A stretch of DNA of 64,000 bases from Alistipes sp. (lineage in GTDB: Bacteria; Bacteroidota; Bacteroidia; Bacteroidales; Rikenellaceae): the NCBI GenBank assembly GCA_045654345.1, contig JAZOND010000027.1, positions 19,889-83,888 of the forward strand. The letters run 5' to 3'. Positions 28,965-39,001 of the stretch are shown one piece after another. The notes beneath the pieces were generated by a model that worked only from the letters and a program-made list of their open reading frames with translations, made no database searches and had not been told where the DNA came from. Every line of letters starts with the position of its first letter. The stretch's first letter is position 1. The position numbers and the translations under genes are program-made.

Positions 28965-30719
28965 ATGTACAGAAGTCACACCTGCGGAGAACTTCGTTCC
29001 GCAAATATCAATCAGACCGTCACTCTGGCGGGTTGGGTGCAGAAGGTACGCAACCTGGGAGCTATGGCATTTATTGACCTGCGTGACCGCTACGGCATCA
29101 CTCAGATTGTTGTTGAAGAGGGCTCGGCAGAGCAGACCAAAGAGGCTGCAGCACGCCTGGGTCGTGAGTATGTTATCCAGGTTACCGGCCGCGTAATTGA
29201 GCGTAGCAGCAAGAACCCTAAGATGGCTACCGGCGACATTGAGGTTGTTGCTGAGAATATCACTATCCTCACCGAGGCTGTTACACCTCCATTTACTATC
29301 GAGGAGCACTCTGACGGCGGTGATGACCTTCGTATGAAGTACCGCTATCTCGACCTTCGTCGTCCGCCTCTGCAGCGCAATATGATTCTGCGTCACAAGA
29401 TGGCCCAGGAGATTCGTCGTTTCCTTGACAGCGAGGGCTTCCTTGAGATTGAGACACCATACCTTATCAAGTCTACCCCAGAGGGTGCGCGCGACTTTAT
29501 CGTACCAAGCCGTATGAATCCTAACGAGTTCTACGCCCTGCCACAGTCGCCACAGACACTCAAGCAGCTGCTTATGGTGGCTGGTTACGACCGCTACTTC
29601 CAGATTGTTCGCTGCTTCCGTGACGAGGACCTGCGTGCTGACCGTCAGCCTGAGTTTACACAGATTGACTGCGAGATGGCTTTTGTTGAGCAGGAGGATG
29701 TACTCTCTATCTTCGAGCGTTGGGCTAAGCATATGTTCAAGAGCGTACTTGGCGTTGAGTTTAACGAGCCACTGCGCCGTATGCCTTGGATTGAGGCTAT
29801 GGAGAAGTACGGTTCTGATAAGCCAGACCTTCGCTTCGGTATGGAGTTTAATGACATTACCGACCTTGCACACGGCCACAATTTCTCAGTCTTTGACGAC
29901 GCCGAGTATGTTGTAGGTTTCGCTGCAACAGGTTGCGCATCATACACCCGTAAGCAGATTGATGCTCTGACAGAGTTTGTTAAGCGTCCACAGGTTGGTG
30001 CTAAGGGTCTTGTATGGATCCGTCTTGAGGAGGGTGGCAACATCAAGTCATCTATCGACAAGTTCTTCGATGCTGAGTCGCTGCGCGCTATTGCTAATCG
30101 TCTGGGCGCAAAGGAGGGTGACCTCTGCCTTGTTATGTGCGGCAAGAAGTTTAAGGTTCTCACACAGCTCTGTACCCTGCGTCTTGAGGTTGGTCAGCAG
30201 CTTGGTCTGCGCGATCCGTTCAAGTTCGCTCCGCTGTGGGTTGTTGACTTCCCTATGTTCGAGTGGGACGAGGAGACTGAGCGTTTCTACGCTATGCACC
30301 ACCCATTCACCTCTCCTAAGCCTGAGGATGTGCAGTACCTTGAGTCTGATCCAGGTCGCGTTCGCGCAAATGCATACGACTTTGTCTGCAACGGTACTGA
30401 GCTTGGTGGCGGTAGTATCCGTATCCACGATGCACAGCTGCAGCAGACTATCTTCAAGTGCCTCGGATTTACTCCAGAGCAGGCTGAGGCTCAGTTTGGC
30501 TTCCTTATCAACGCCTTCAAGTTCGGTGCACCACCACACGGAGGTCTGGCATTCGGCTTTGACCGCCTCTGCTCTCTGTTCGGTGGCTCTGAGTCTATCC
30601 GTGACTACATCGCCTTCCCTAAGAACAATGCAGGTCGCGATGTGATGCTCGATGGTCCATCACCTGTAGCACCAGAGCAGCTCGAGGAGCTCTACCTCTC
30701 ACTTGTAAAACCTGAGTAA
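28965..30719 (+). CDS. aspS: Aspartyl-tRNA synthetase
   Basis: [55 protein letters not shown]. Start reset to 28965. Confidence 0.97.
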   Translation: MYRSHTCGELRSANINQTVTLAGWVQKVRNLGAMAFIDLRDRYGITQIVVEEGSAEQTKEAAARLGREYVIQVTGRVIERSSKNPKMATGDIEVVAENITILTEAVTPPFTIEEHSDGGDDLRMKYRYLDLRRPPLQRNMILRHKMAQEIRRFLDSEGFLEIETPYLIKSTPEGARDFIVPSRMNPNEFYALPQSPQTLKQLLMVAGYDRYFQIVRCFRDEDLRADRQPEFTQIDCEMAFVEQEDVLSIFERWAKHMFKSVLGVEFNEPLRRMPWIEAMEKYGSDKPDLRFGMEFNDITDLAHGHNFSVFDDAEYVVGFAATGCASYTRKQIDALTEFVKRPQVGAKGLVWIRLEEGGNIKSSIDKFFDAESLRAIANRLGAKEGDLCLVMCGKKFKVLTQLCTLRLEVGQQLGLRDPFKFAPLWVVDFPMFEWDEETERFYAMHHPFTSPKPEDVQYLESDPGRVRANAYDFVCNGTELGGGSIRIHDAQLQQTIFKCLGFTPEQAEAQFGFLINAFKFGAPPHGGLAFGFDRLCSLFGGSESIRDYIAFPKNNAGRDVMLDGPSPVAPEQLEELYLSLVKPE

Positions 30720-30727
30720 GTATAGTT

Positions 30728-30758
30728 AAGGCTGCAGAGAGTTGCAGCCTTTTCTTTT
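30728..30758 (+). terminator. Intrinsic terminator of aspS
   Basis: AAGGCTGCA-gagagt-TGCAGCCTT followed by TTCTTTT. Confidence 0.8.
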
Positions 30759-30768
30759 GTTATAGTAA

Positions 30769-31368
30769 ATGAAGAACTTTATATCTATGTCTGTGTTCGC
30801 AGGTCTGCTGATTGGTATTGGCGGACTTGTATACCTGCGCGTTGGTGGCGTGGCGGGAGCTGTGCTCTTTGCCTTTGGACTGCTGAGCGTTGTTATGTGT
30901 GGTGCGCAACTCTTTACGGGTAAGGCGGGATTTCTGCCATATAAGGATGCCGCAAAGCTCGTTGTAATGATAGCCCTCAACGCTGTGGGCTGCGCTATAG
31001 CGGCTACTATAGCCTCATATTGCACCTCGGATGCTGTTACATCGGGCCTTGATGCGATACTCTCTGCACGCCTTACTGCCCCGTGGCATAAGCTGCTTAT
31101 AACCTCGGCTGGTACGGGTATGATTATGACCCTCGCGGTTTATGGCGCACGACAGAAACACTATCTGCCACTGCTCTTTGGCGTTCCCGTGTTTATCCTC
31201 TGCGGTCTACCCCACTGCGTGGCTGATGCCTTCTACTACGCCCTTGCACTCTTTTGTGGTAAGGCCGAGTGGGCACTACTTTCAGCGTGGCTTTGGGCCA
31301 TTGCCGGCAACTACATCGGCTGCAACCTACCCCGATGGTTTATGGGTAAGCAGTTTGATAATCAGTAG
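30769..31368 (+). CDS. Short formate/nitrite transporter (FNT) family channel
   Basis: AGLLIGIGG, GAVLFAFGL, QLFTGK, FILCGLPHCVAD, GNYIG; about 6 TM. Confidence 0.75.
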   Translation: MKNFISMSVFAGLLIGIGGLVYLRVGGVAGAVLFAFGLLSVVMCGAQLFTGKAGFLPYKDAAKLVVMIALNAVGCAIAATIASYCTSDAVTSGLDAILSARLTAPWHKLLITSAGTGMIMTLAVYGARQKHYLPLLFGVPVFILCGLPHCVADAFYYALALFCGKAEWALLSAWLWAIAGNYIGCNLPRWFMGKQFDNQ

Positions 31369-31503
31369 ATGATAAAGAGTATTTAATTGCGCTATTTACC
31401 CCAGAAAGCAACCAAAGTTGTTTTGTCGGTATGTTTAGTAATATTTCCATAAAATTGGGTATCGACAACAGCAACTAAAGCACAAATTAAACTCTCAACT
31501 AAC

Positions 31504-31541
31504 AAAATAGGGATAGCCTCGCAAGAAGCTATCCCTATTTT
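31504..31541. terminator. Bidirectional terminator
   Basis: AAAATAGGGATAGC ... GCTATCCCTATTTT between convergent genes. Confidence 0.8.
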
Positions 31542-31556
31542 ATTATTACACTTGAT

Positions 31557-33545
31557 TTATTCACCTTTGACGGTAAGCATAAATCCACCACCTGGAGCAA
31601 GCTCTACGCTGATAACACCACTCTCTGGCAGGGTGATGCTCTGACGAGTGTAGTCAGTACCGTCGACTGAGGCACGCTTGCCATCTGCGAAGATATCAAC
31701 CTCTGCACCAGCAGCAAGTCCCAGCTGGCTGAGGTCTACCTCAAGGGTACGGGCATCCCAGTTGGTCATACCGCCCACATACCAAGTCTTTCCGCTACGG
31801 CGAGCAGTGATAACATACTGTCCAATCTTACCATCAAGCACAACACTCTGCTCCCAAACGGTTGGCACAGAGGCAATAAACTCGGCGCACTCAACATTTT
31901 TGCGATAGTTGGAAGGAGAGTCGCAGAGCATAGAGAGAGGAGAGTAGAATACTGCATAAGCAGCCAGCTGGTGGCAGCGAGTACCTTGACTCATCGGCTG
32001 CTTATTATTTGGCTGGTACTTATCCTTAGTGGCGTTGAGCATTGCGCCCTGAGTGTAGTCGATTGGGCCTGCAACCATACGGATAAACGGAATGGTCACA
32101 TCGTACTCCATCTGGTCGGTATCAGGCTTGCGCCACTTCATCTGCTCCAGACCGTGTACAGCCTCGAAGTTAACCACATTAGGGTATGTTCTATTCAGAC
32201 CCGCAGGCTTAGCGCAGCCGTGAAAATCTACCATCAGCTTATACTTAGCGCAAGTCTCAGCCGCGCGGTAGTAGAACTGGGTCATAGTCTGGTCATCGCG
32301 ATCCATAAAGTCGATTTTAAAGCCCTTTACGCCAAGCGCAGAGTAGTGCTGGCATACACGCTCCATATCGACATTAAAGGCGTTATAGCCTGCCCAGAGG
32401 ATAATTCCCACCCCCTTCTGTGCCGCATAGTCAAGGATGCCCTGCATATCAATAGCAGGAACAATACTCAGCAAGTTATTCTCATACTTAGTCGCCCAGC
32501 CCTCGTCGAGAATCACATACTCAACACCATACTGCGCTGCAAAGTCGATATATGCCTTATATGTCTCGGTGTTCACACCAGCCTTAAAGTTCACATCGGT
32601 AAGTCCCCAATGGTTCCACCACTCCCAAGCAACCTTACCAGGTACAATCCACGAAGCATCCTCTACGCGAGAAGGCGAAGCGAGGCGATAGATCATATCC
32701 GAGTTGGCAATCTTAGTGTCGTCATCAGAGATAATCAACACACGCCAAGGGAAGGCTCTTGTACCCTGGCACTTAGCGATATAGCTCTCTCGTGCAGTGA
32801 CAATGCCCTGCAACTTATTGTGTCCGCCAACAACCTCCTCGGCAGGCACAGGTGCAAGTTCTCCCTCAAGAGCGCAGTCGCTGTCGGCATTGCCGATAAA
32901 CATACCAGGATAGTTCTCAACATCGCTCTCGGCAATAAGAACCTTAACGCCGTCGACATCTACAACAACAGGAGTAAAAGCCACTCGAGCAGCATCTACC
33001 TCGTTGATAGGCAGATACTTATAGAGATGCTCAAAAGATGTAAAGTACTTATCCTTCTTAGTCCCTGTCAGGTTATTGTAGGCAATCCAGCAGTTATAAG
33101 GCTTATCAAAAGCAAGGCTATAGACCTCATTCTGAACGGTCATCTCGCCATTACGAGTAGTTGAGAAGCGATACACCACGCCCTCATCATAGGCACGGAA
33201 CTCGATAGCCGAGCGGTCTGCAAACTCAACCTTCAGGGCGTTGTAGTTATCTGCAACCTCATTGCGAGTATAGAGCTGGGCTGCGATAGTCTTATTCACA
33301 GAGTAAGGTGTCACCTTGCGCACCTTACCGGCACCAAGGGTTGTACCATCGGTAAGAACCATTGCCGCAGTGGCCTTACTGACCACCACATTGCCATTAT
33401 AGGCCACCGTATAACTTGTACCGCCATCGACGGTAACCTCAGCCACCACCTTACCATCAGGCGAGGTAAGTGTATAACTGCCCTCCTTTGCGCAAGAGCA
33501 GAAAATAACACTCAGAAGTGCCAAAACAGATAAAATTCTCTTCAT
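31557..33545 (-). CDS. Glycoside hydrolase family 97 lipoprotein
   Basis: Lipobox FCSC; PGKVAWEWW, YIDFAA, LDEGW, GFKIDFMD, EAVHGLE, GPIDYTQG. Confidence 0.92.
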   Translation of the reverse strand: MKRILSVLALLSVIFCSCAKEGSYTLTSPDGKVVAEVTVDGGTSYTVAYNGNVVVSKATAAMVLTDGTTLGAGKVRKVTPYSVNKTIAAQLYTRNEVADNYNALKVEFADRSAIEFRAYDEGVVYRFSTTRNGEMTVQNEVYSLAFDKPYNCWIAYNNLTGTKKDKYFTSFEHLYKYLPINEVDAARVAFTPVVVDVDGVKVLIAESDVENYPGMFIGNADSDCALEGELAPVPAEEVVGGHNKLQGIVTARESYIAKCQGTRAFPWRVLIISDDDTKIANSDMIYRLASPSRVEDASWIVPGKVAWEWWNHWGLTDVNFKAGVNTETYKAYIDFAAQYGVEYVILDEGWATKYENNLLSIVPAIDMQGILDYAAQKGVGIILWAGYNAFNVDMERVCQHYSALGVKGFKIDFMDRDDQTMTQFYYRAAETCAKYKLMVDFHGCAKPAGLNRTYPNVVNFEAVHGLEQMKWRKPDTDQMEYDVTIPFIRMVAGPIDYTQGAMLNATKDKYQPNNKQPMSQGTRCHQLAAYAVFYSPLSMLCDSPSNYRKNVECAEFIASVPTVWEQSVVLDGKIGQYVITARRSGKTWYVGGMTNWDARTLEVDLSQLGLAAGAEVDIFADGKRASVDGTDYTRQSITLPESGVISVELAPGGGFMLTVKGE

Positions 33546-33679
33546 AATATTCTCTATAGGTTTAGTATAAATACAATCGTTGGTACTATTTTCCTCTTTA
33601 GATAGGTTCTATAAAATCTCAGAATGCGCCTTTTGGGTATAAAGATATACAATAAAATGGAAATTTACAATTTATTTAT

Positions 33680-33687
33680 TACCTTTG
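33680..33687 (+). promoter_or_regulatory. -7 element immediately upstream of rarA
   Basis: TACCTTTG 6 nt before ATG 33694, implying a nearly leaderless mRNA. Confidence 0.5.
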
Positions 33688-33693
33688 CGCATT

Positions 33694-34971
33694 ATGGCAG
33701 CACCACTTGCAGAGAGGCTTCGCCCTCAGAAACTTGATGATTATATCGGTCAGGATCACCTGGTCGGTCCTACGGGTGTGTTCCGTCGCTTTATAGAGAG
33801 CAAGAATGTACCATCATTCATTCTCTGGGGCCCTCCTGGCGTGGGTAAGACCACCCTTGCAAGGATTGTTGCCACAGAGCTTGGTCGCCCATTCTACACC
33901 CTCTCGGCTGTAACTTCGGGTGTGAAGGAGGTGCGCGAGGTTATCGAGACGGCTAAGCGTCAGCAGTTCTTCAGCTCGGCTACTCCGCTGCTATTTATCG
34001 ACGAGATTCACCGCTTCAACAAGTCCCAGCAGGACTCGCTCCTCGGTGCTGTGGAGAAGGGAGAGGTGGTGCTTATCGGTGCCACTACAGAGAATCCATC
34101 TTTCGAGGTCATCACGCCTCTGCTCAGTCGCTGTCAGGTGTATACCCTCAAGTCTATGGACGAGGGCCAGCTTGCCGAGCTGCTTAATCGCGCCATAACC
34201 ACCGACACAGAGCTACAGAAGCGTACAATTACCGTCGAGCAGACCGACGCCCTCTTCCGCTTTGCAGGTGGCGATGCGCGTAAGTTGCTCAATATCATTG
34301 ACATAATCACCAGCGCAACTGATGGCAATATTATCCTTAACAACCAAACCGTCACCGATGCGCTACAGCAGAACATAGCCCTCTACGACAAGAATGGCGA
34401 GCAGCACTACGATGTAATCTCGGCATTTATCAAGTCTGTGCGCGGCTCAGACCCCAATGCAGCCATATACTACCTTGCCCGTATGCTTGCGGGCGGTGAG
34501 GAGCCGAGGTTTATTGCCCGTCGCCTTGTAATTCTCGCCTCTGAAGATATAGGTCTTGCAAATCCTAACGCGCTACTGCTTGCTAATGCCTGCTTCGACA
34601 CGGTGCATAAGATTGGTATGCCCGAGGCGCGTATAACCTTAGCCGAGACTACCATATATCTGGCTACATCGCCTAAGAGCAATAGTGCCTATGCTGCTAT
34701 AAATGAGGCTCTTGCCTTTGTCAATAAAGATACTACAAACCGTCCTGTGCCACTCCATCTGCGCAATGCCGTTACCGACCTTATGCGCAAAGAAGGGTAT
34801 GCTGCCGACTACAAGTATGCGCACAGCTATGAGGGCGGCTTTGTCGAACAGGAGTTTATGCCTGATAGCCTTGCCGGCACGCAGTTCTACCATCCGATAA
34901 CCACAAACCCGACTGAGCAGAAGATTGCAGCACGCATAACTGAGTTGTGGGGTGACAAATACAACAAATAA
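33694..34971 (+). CDS. rarA: Replication-associated recombination protein A (MgsA/RarA)
   Basis: [59 protein letters not shown]. Confidence 0.95.
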   Translation: MAAPLAERLRPQKLDDYIGQDHLVGPTGVFRRFIESKNVPSFILWGPPGVGKTTLARIVATELGRPFYTLSAVTSGVKEVREVIETAKRQQFFSSATPLLFIDEIHRFNKSQQDSLLGAVEKGEVVLIGATTENPSFEVITPLLSRCQVYTLKSMDEGQLAELLNRAITTDTELQKRTITVEQTDALFRFAGGDARKLLNIIDIITSATDGNIILNNQTVTDALQQNIALYDKNGEQHYDVISAFIKSVRGSDPNAAIYYLARMLAGGEEPRFIARRLVILASEDIGLANPNALLLANACFDTVHKIGMPEARITLAETTIYLATSPKSNSAYAAINEALAFVNKDTTNRPVPLHLRNAVTDLMRKEGYAADYKYAHSYEGGFVEQEFMPDSLAGTQFYHPITTNPTEQKIAARITELWGDKYNK

Positions 34972-34972
34972 T

Positions 34973-35896
34973 ATGAAAAGACTCTTTACACTATTTGCAA
35001 CTATAGCTGTTGCCCTTACAGCAACTGCTCAAACCTCACACCTCTACGCCGAGCGTCAGGGCGAGAAGCTATACTTTGACCACTACACAGCCGTAGGTGT
35101 CGAGGGTCTGCGTCCCTGCGTGATATTTGCCTTTGGCGGTGCCTTTGCTCGTGGAACCAAGGCCGATAAGGGCTATCTGCCCTACTTCAAGGCTCTGACA
35201 GAGGCTGGATATGATGTGGTCAGCATCGACTACCGCAAGCACCTTGCTAATGGTATCGGAGACTCAGGACTTAGGGGCGCAGTTATCACTATGAAGAATG
35301 CTGTCGAGTACGCTGCCGAGGATATGCTCAGCGCAACCAAGGTGGTGCTTGATAATGCTGATAAGTGGAATATTGACACCTCCAAGATTATCGCGTGTGG
35401 CTCGAGTGCAGGTGCTATCACCTCTCTGCAGGCCGAGAATATGATCTGCAATGCAGACCCTCGTGCAGCACAACTTGGCGAATTCAACTATGCAGGTGTG
35501 GTGAGCTTCGCGGGTGCTATCTTCTCCGTTTCGGGCAAGCCGAAGTGGGATAAAACTCCGTGCCCTATGCTCCTATTCCACGGAAATGCAGACAGCAATG
35601 TGCCCTACAATAAGGCCTCGGCTATGGGCGTAGGATTCTTTGGTTCTAAGTTTATCAGCAAGCAGCTCGCAAAGATGGGCGTACCTCATTGGTTCTACTC
35701 GGCGCAGTACCGCGACCACGATATGGCTGGCGACCCGATGTATGACAACATTGAGGAGATTACAGCCTTTATCAACCGCGTAGTAGTTAAGGGTCAGCAG
35801 ATTACAGTCTTGCAGGAGGTGAGCGACAATAAATATCCGAAGGTCAAAACCCGATTCAAGGTAAGCGATTATCTATCAAGCAATTACAGCAAGTAA
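34973..35896 (+). CDS. Secreted alpha/beta hydrolase (carboxylesterase-like)
   Basis: Signal peptide; FGGAF oxyanion, GSSAG nucleophile, HGNAD, downstream His. Confidence 0.82.
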   Translation: MKRLFTLFATIAVALTATAQTSHLYAERQGEKLYFDHYTAVGVEGLRPCVIFAFGGAFARGTKADKGYLPYFKALTEAGYDVVSIDYRKHLANGIGDSGLRGAVITMKNAVEYAAEDMLSATKVVLDNADKWNIDTSKIIACGSSAGAITSLQAENMICNADPRAAQLGEFNYAGVVSFAGAIFSVSGKPKWDKTPCPMLLFHGNADSNVPYNKASAMGVGFFGSKFISKQLAKMGVPHWFYSAQYRDHDMAGDPMYDNIEEITAFINRVVVKGQQITVLQEVSDNKYPKVKTRFKVSDYLSSNYSK

Positions 35897-36405
35897 TGAA
35901 GCGTATAGGCGTAATATCTGACACCCACAACACCTTTGACGACTGCCTGAAACTCTTTCTCAAGGATGTTGACGAAATTTGGCACGCAGGCGATATTGGC
36001 AGCCTCGAGTGCGCAAACCAGATAGCGCAATTTAAGCCCCTACGCGCCGTATTTGGCAATATAGACAACACCTCCGTAAGGTACAACTACTCAGAGTTCA
36101 ACTGCTTTGAGTGCGAAGGCGTCAAGGTGCTTATGACCCACATTGGCGGCTATCCGCGCCACTACCACCCTAAGGCTCTGCAGAAGATTCAGGAGACAAA
36201 GCCAACTATATTTATCGCAGGCCACTCGCACATCCTCAAGGTTATCTACGACAATGTCTACGACCTGCTACACATAAACCCAGGTGCTGCAGGATGCTAC
36301 GGATTCCATAATGTCCGCACCGCCATACGCTTTACTATCGACGGGTCTGACATCCGCGATATGGAAATCGGCAACTGGGACCGCGACAAAAAGACTGCGT
36401 GGTAG
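35896..36405 (+). CDS. YfcE-like metallophosphoesterase
   Basis: ISDTH, HAGDIG, FGNID, THIG, AGHSH, NPG. Confidence 0.9.
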   Translation: MKRIGVISDTHNTFDDCLKLFLKDVDEIWHAGDIGSLECANQIAQFKPLRAVFGNIDNTSVRYNYSEFNCFECEGVKVLMTHIGGYPRHYHPKALQKIQETKPTIFIAGHSHILKVIYDNVYDLLHINPGAAGCYGFHNVRTAIRFTIDGSDIRDMEIGNWDRDKKTAW

Positions 36406-36444
36406 CCGAAATCTGCCCATTGCAAACATAGCATCGTCACAAGT

Positions 36445-36472
36445 AAAACAAAGCCCGCTTTGTCAAGCGGGC
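36445..36472 (-). terminator. 8-bp stem/GACA-loop hairpin (terminator; possible DGR target-recognition hairpin)
   Basis: Minus strand GCCCGCTT-GACA-AAGCGGGC followed by TTTGTTTT, 28 nt after the stop codon. Confidence 0.75.
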
Positions 36473-36500
36473 AATATTATTAAATAGATAAATAGTTAAT

Positions 36501-37925
36501 TTAAAAAGCGAGGACAGCACGCACTGCGTAATAGTAGAACTTACTGGTGTCGTTGTCATAGCCACTCGAGAAAACGACGTAGTACGCGAGGTTACTGCTG
36601 CACTCAGACGAAGACCAATACCAATCACCACTCTTCCAGAAGTTACCTTTATCAAGTTTATCTATTAAATAGACATTGAGTTCCGACATATTTTTCTGGA
36701 TAGTCTGCAACTCTTGTTTTGCCGGCAAATACCATCCTTCGCCCAAATCGGCACACCACTTAAAGGCAGGATACATACTCTCCCAACCCTGTATAGCCTT
36801 GACTACTGCCATATTCTTTGCTCCGTCAGTCTCGCTACTTGCACCTACTCGGCGTTTGCGCTCTTTCTTATCGGAACACCATTGTAATTTTTCCGGAGAC
36901 TGATTCATACTTACTATCTTACCGTGCTTGCCGTCAGCAGAAACCTCAAAGACTACACCCTCCTTGCCATTTTCGTTGTAGTAATCGCCTACCTTATATC
37001 GTTTTTCTGATACGTCAGGAGTTGAAGCCGATGACGAGCTTGCGGGTCTGTCAAATGGAGATAGTCGCAAATCTTGTTTAAAGAATATGCTATTGCGATG
37101 TACGGCGATAGTCTGCTCTGCCGCGGTTGTGCCGAACTTGAGTTTTAGCTGGTGTGTTCCCGAGGCAACATCGGGTATAGAGAGTTGATTGTTGCTATCT
37201 GTGATACCTTTATAATTACCGTCAACAAACACCTCCACATCAGGCATATTGGACATAACTACAATCGAGTAGCTTTGTGTCGGTGCAGCAAGGTTAATAT
37301 CGACCTTAAAGGCTATACTGCCACGATGCACGACAATATTCTGTTCAGCCACATCGTTGCCAATCTTCAGTTTCAAGCGGTGAGAGCCTGGAATGACATC
37401 GTGTATAGAGAGTTGATTGTTTTTATCGGTATTACCCTGATAGCAATCATCAAGATAGACCTCCACATCGGGCATATTAGAGCTGACAACTATAGAATAC
37501 AACTGGTTTAGTCGCGCCATCATCTGATACACCTTGTTACCCTCAAGGTTGAGACAGACCTCGTTACTCTCGCCGAAGTCGGGGCTTTGCACATAGAAGC
37601 GTGTGTTTGGCTTGGCTGTCATCTCAAGAATCAGCACATTGTCAAAATATTCAGCTACATACTGGCGAACAAGGTCAGTATTTGACAGAAACTTAACCGC
37701 CAGTGCATCAACCTCGGCACGATTCATATTGGCAAACTTTATCTTTACTCGCGCGCACGCATTGCGAGATGCATCCTTTGCTATAGGGTCGATATTTACG
37801 CCCGAAAGCGGATCATCCTGAACAGGACGGAAAGTGCTCTGGTCGAGAATAATTGAGTGCTCGACCTGCGCCGTAGCAGCAAGGAAGGCAAGCAATACTA
37901 CAAATAGGGTTAACAGTCTCTTCAT
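36501..37925 (-). CDS. Secreted protein: N-terminal domain + 2 PEGA-like repeats + DUF1566/C-type-lectin-like C-terminal domain
   Basis: Signal peptide; duplicated SNMPDVEV..D..Y.G.T repeats; GEGWYLPAKQEL and YWSSSE...VRAVLAF. Confidence 0.78.
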   Translation of the reverse strand: MKRLLTLFVVLLAFLAATAQVEHSIILDQSTFRPVQDDPLSGVNIDPIAKDASRNACARVKIKFANMNRAEVDALAVKFLSNTDLVRQYVAEYFDNVLILEMTAKPNTRFYVQSPDFGESNEVCLNLEGNKVYQMMARLNQLYSIVVSSNMPDVEVYLDDCYQGNTDKNNQLSIHDVIPGSHRLKLKIGNDVAEQNIVVHRGSIAFKVDINLAAPTQSYSIVVMSNMPDVEVFVDGNYKGITDSNNQLSIPDVASGTHQLKLKFGTTAAEQTIAVHRNSIFFKQDLRLSPFDRPASSSSASTPDVSEKRYKVGDYYNENGKEGVVFEVSADGKHGKIVSMNQSPEKLQWCSDKKERKRRVGASSETDGAKNMAVVKAIQGWESMYPAFKWCADLGEGWYLPAKQELQTIQKNMSELNVYLIDKLDKGNFWKSGDWYWSSSECSSNLAYYVVFSSGYDNDTSKFYYYAVRAVLAF

Positions 37926-37936
37926 ATGAGTATTTT

Positions 37937-38533
37937 TTACAAAATCTCTTCTATCTTACACAGCAGAGGACTAAAGTCTGAGTGGCTATTGGCAAACTCG
38001 TCATACGACCACTCGTTATGGCCACTCTGGGGAACATCGGAGATATACTTAACGGCCAGCAATGGAATGCCACCAGCATAATCACGCACAGCAATAGCCA
38101 CAGCCATAATCTCCATATCGAAGATTGCGCTGGCAGTATTAAAGCGGTTCATAATCTCGGTTACGCTACCAGCATTGACAAACGAGTCGCCCGTAAAGAC
38201 GGTTATATCATCCTGACCGGCAAGCATATACGGATCAGTAAGCTCAGGAATAAAGCCCTCAGGCACATCGCAGTCGTGGTAGATAGTGCGAGCAGGAGCA
38301 ACAACATCTCCCTGCTTAAAGTCAGCACTACCAGCCGCAAAGCCGATAACGGCAACAGCCTCAAATGGCTGCTCTGCCCTTGCGATTGCGTTCATAACAC
38401 CAGCCGCAGCACCAGCCTTGCCGATACCCGAGCAGATAAGTGTATAGTCGTGCTTTGGGGTTGTCAGAGCATCGAGCGTTGCGCGCATATATTTATACTC
38501 GCGCGTGGTTGGGGCAACAATTAGAACTCGCAT
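37937..38533 (-). CDS. mtnN: 5'-methylthioadenosine/S-adenosylhomocysteine nucleosidase (Pfs/MtnN-like)
   Basis: SGIGK, GDVV, TGDSFV, FDME, KYISD; overlaps the luxS stop. Confidence 0.75.
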   Translation of the reverse strand: MRVLIVAPTTREYKYMRATLDALTTPKHDYTLICSGIGKAGAAAGVMNAIARAEQPFEAVAVIGFAAGSADFKQGDVVAPARTIYHDCDVPEGFIPELTDPYMLAGQDDITVFTGDSFVNAGSVTEIMNRFNTASAIFDMEIMAVAIAVRDYAGGIPLLAVKYISDVPQSGHNEWSYDEFANSHSDFSPLLCKIEEIL

Positions 38534-38991
38534 AGGCTCAGCACATTAATATAGTTCTTCATTGCCTCATTTGTACCCTCAACAGAGTAGAGGTAAGGGT
38601 TTCCGCACTGAATTTCGTTCAGGCCGACAATATCATCGGTCGAGGCGATTGGGAATACCTTATTATATACGCGCGTAAGGGCAGCTGCGATATCGGCAGC
38701 AGTTACGCTGTTTGTAGTTGAGAGGTAAAAGCCTGTCTGGCAGCCCATTGGGCAGAAGCTAACGATAGCCGACCCAATCTGCTCATCAAGTCTAAGGTGG
38801 TATGCCATAAGGTGCTCAATAGTGTGGACAACACCAGCCTCGAGAGGCTTGCGATCCATAGGTGCGCAGAAGCGAAGATCCCACGAGAGGATAGACACCT
38901 TTTCGTCAATCTTATAAGTTGAGCGGAGGTAAAGGCCCTCGCGCAGTGTACGATGATCTACATCGAATGATGAAACTACTGACTTTTTCAT
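38521..38991 (-). CDS. luxS: S-ribosylhomocysteine lyase
   Basis: SFDVDH, HTIEHL metal motif, PMGCQTGFY catalytic Cys, CGN metal ligand. Confidence 0.92.
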   Translation of the reverse strand: MKKSVVSSFDVDHRTLREGLYLRSTYKIDEKVSILSWDLRFCAPMDRKPLEAGVVHTIEHLMAYHLRLDEQIGSAIVSFCPMGCQTGFYLSTTNSVTAADIAAALTRVYNKVFPIASTDDIVGLNEIQCGNPYLYSVEGTNEAMKNYINVLSLCEF

Positions 38992-39001
38992 ATTTATATA
39001 T

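Noticed and set aside
31971-33164. 397-aa ORF on the + strand; similar long ORFs at 17764-18786, 59091-59954, 28941-29879 and 9144-9974
   Set aside because: All lie antisense to well-supported genes and have no recognisable motifs. They are shadow ORFs expected from biased codon usage.
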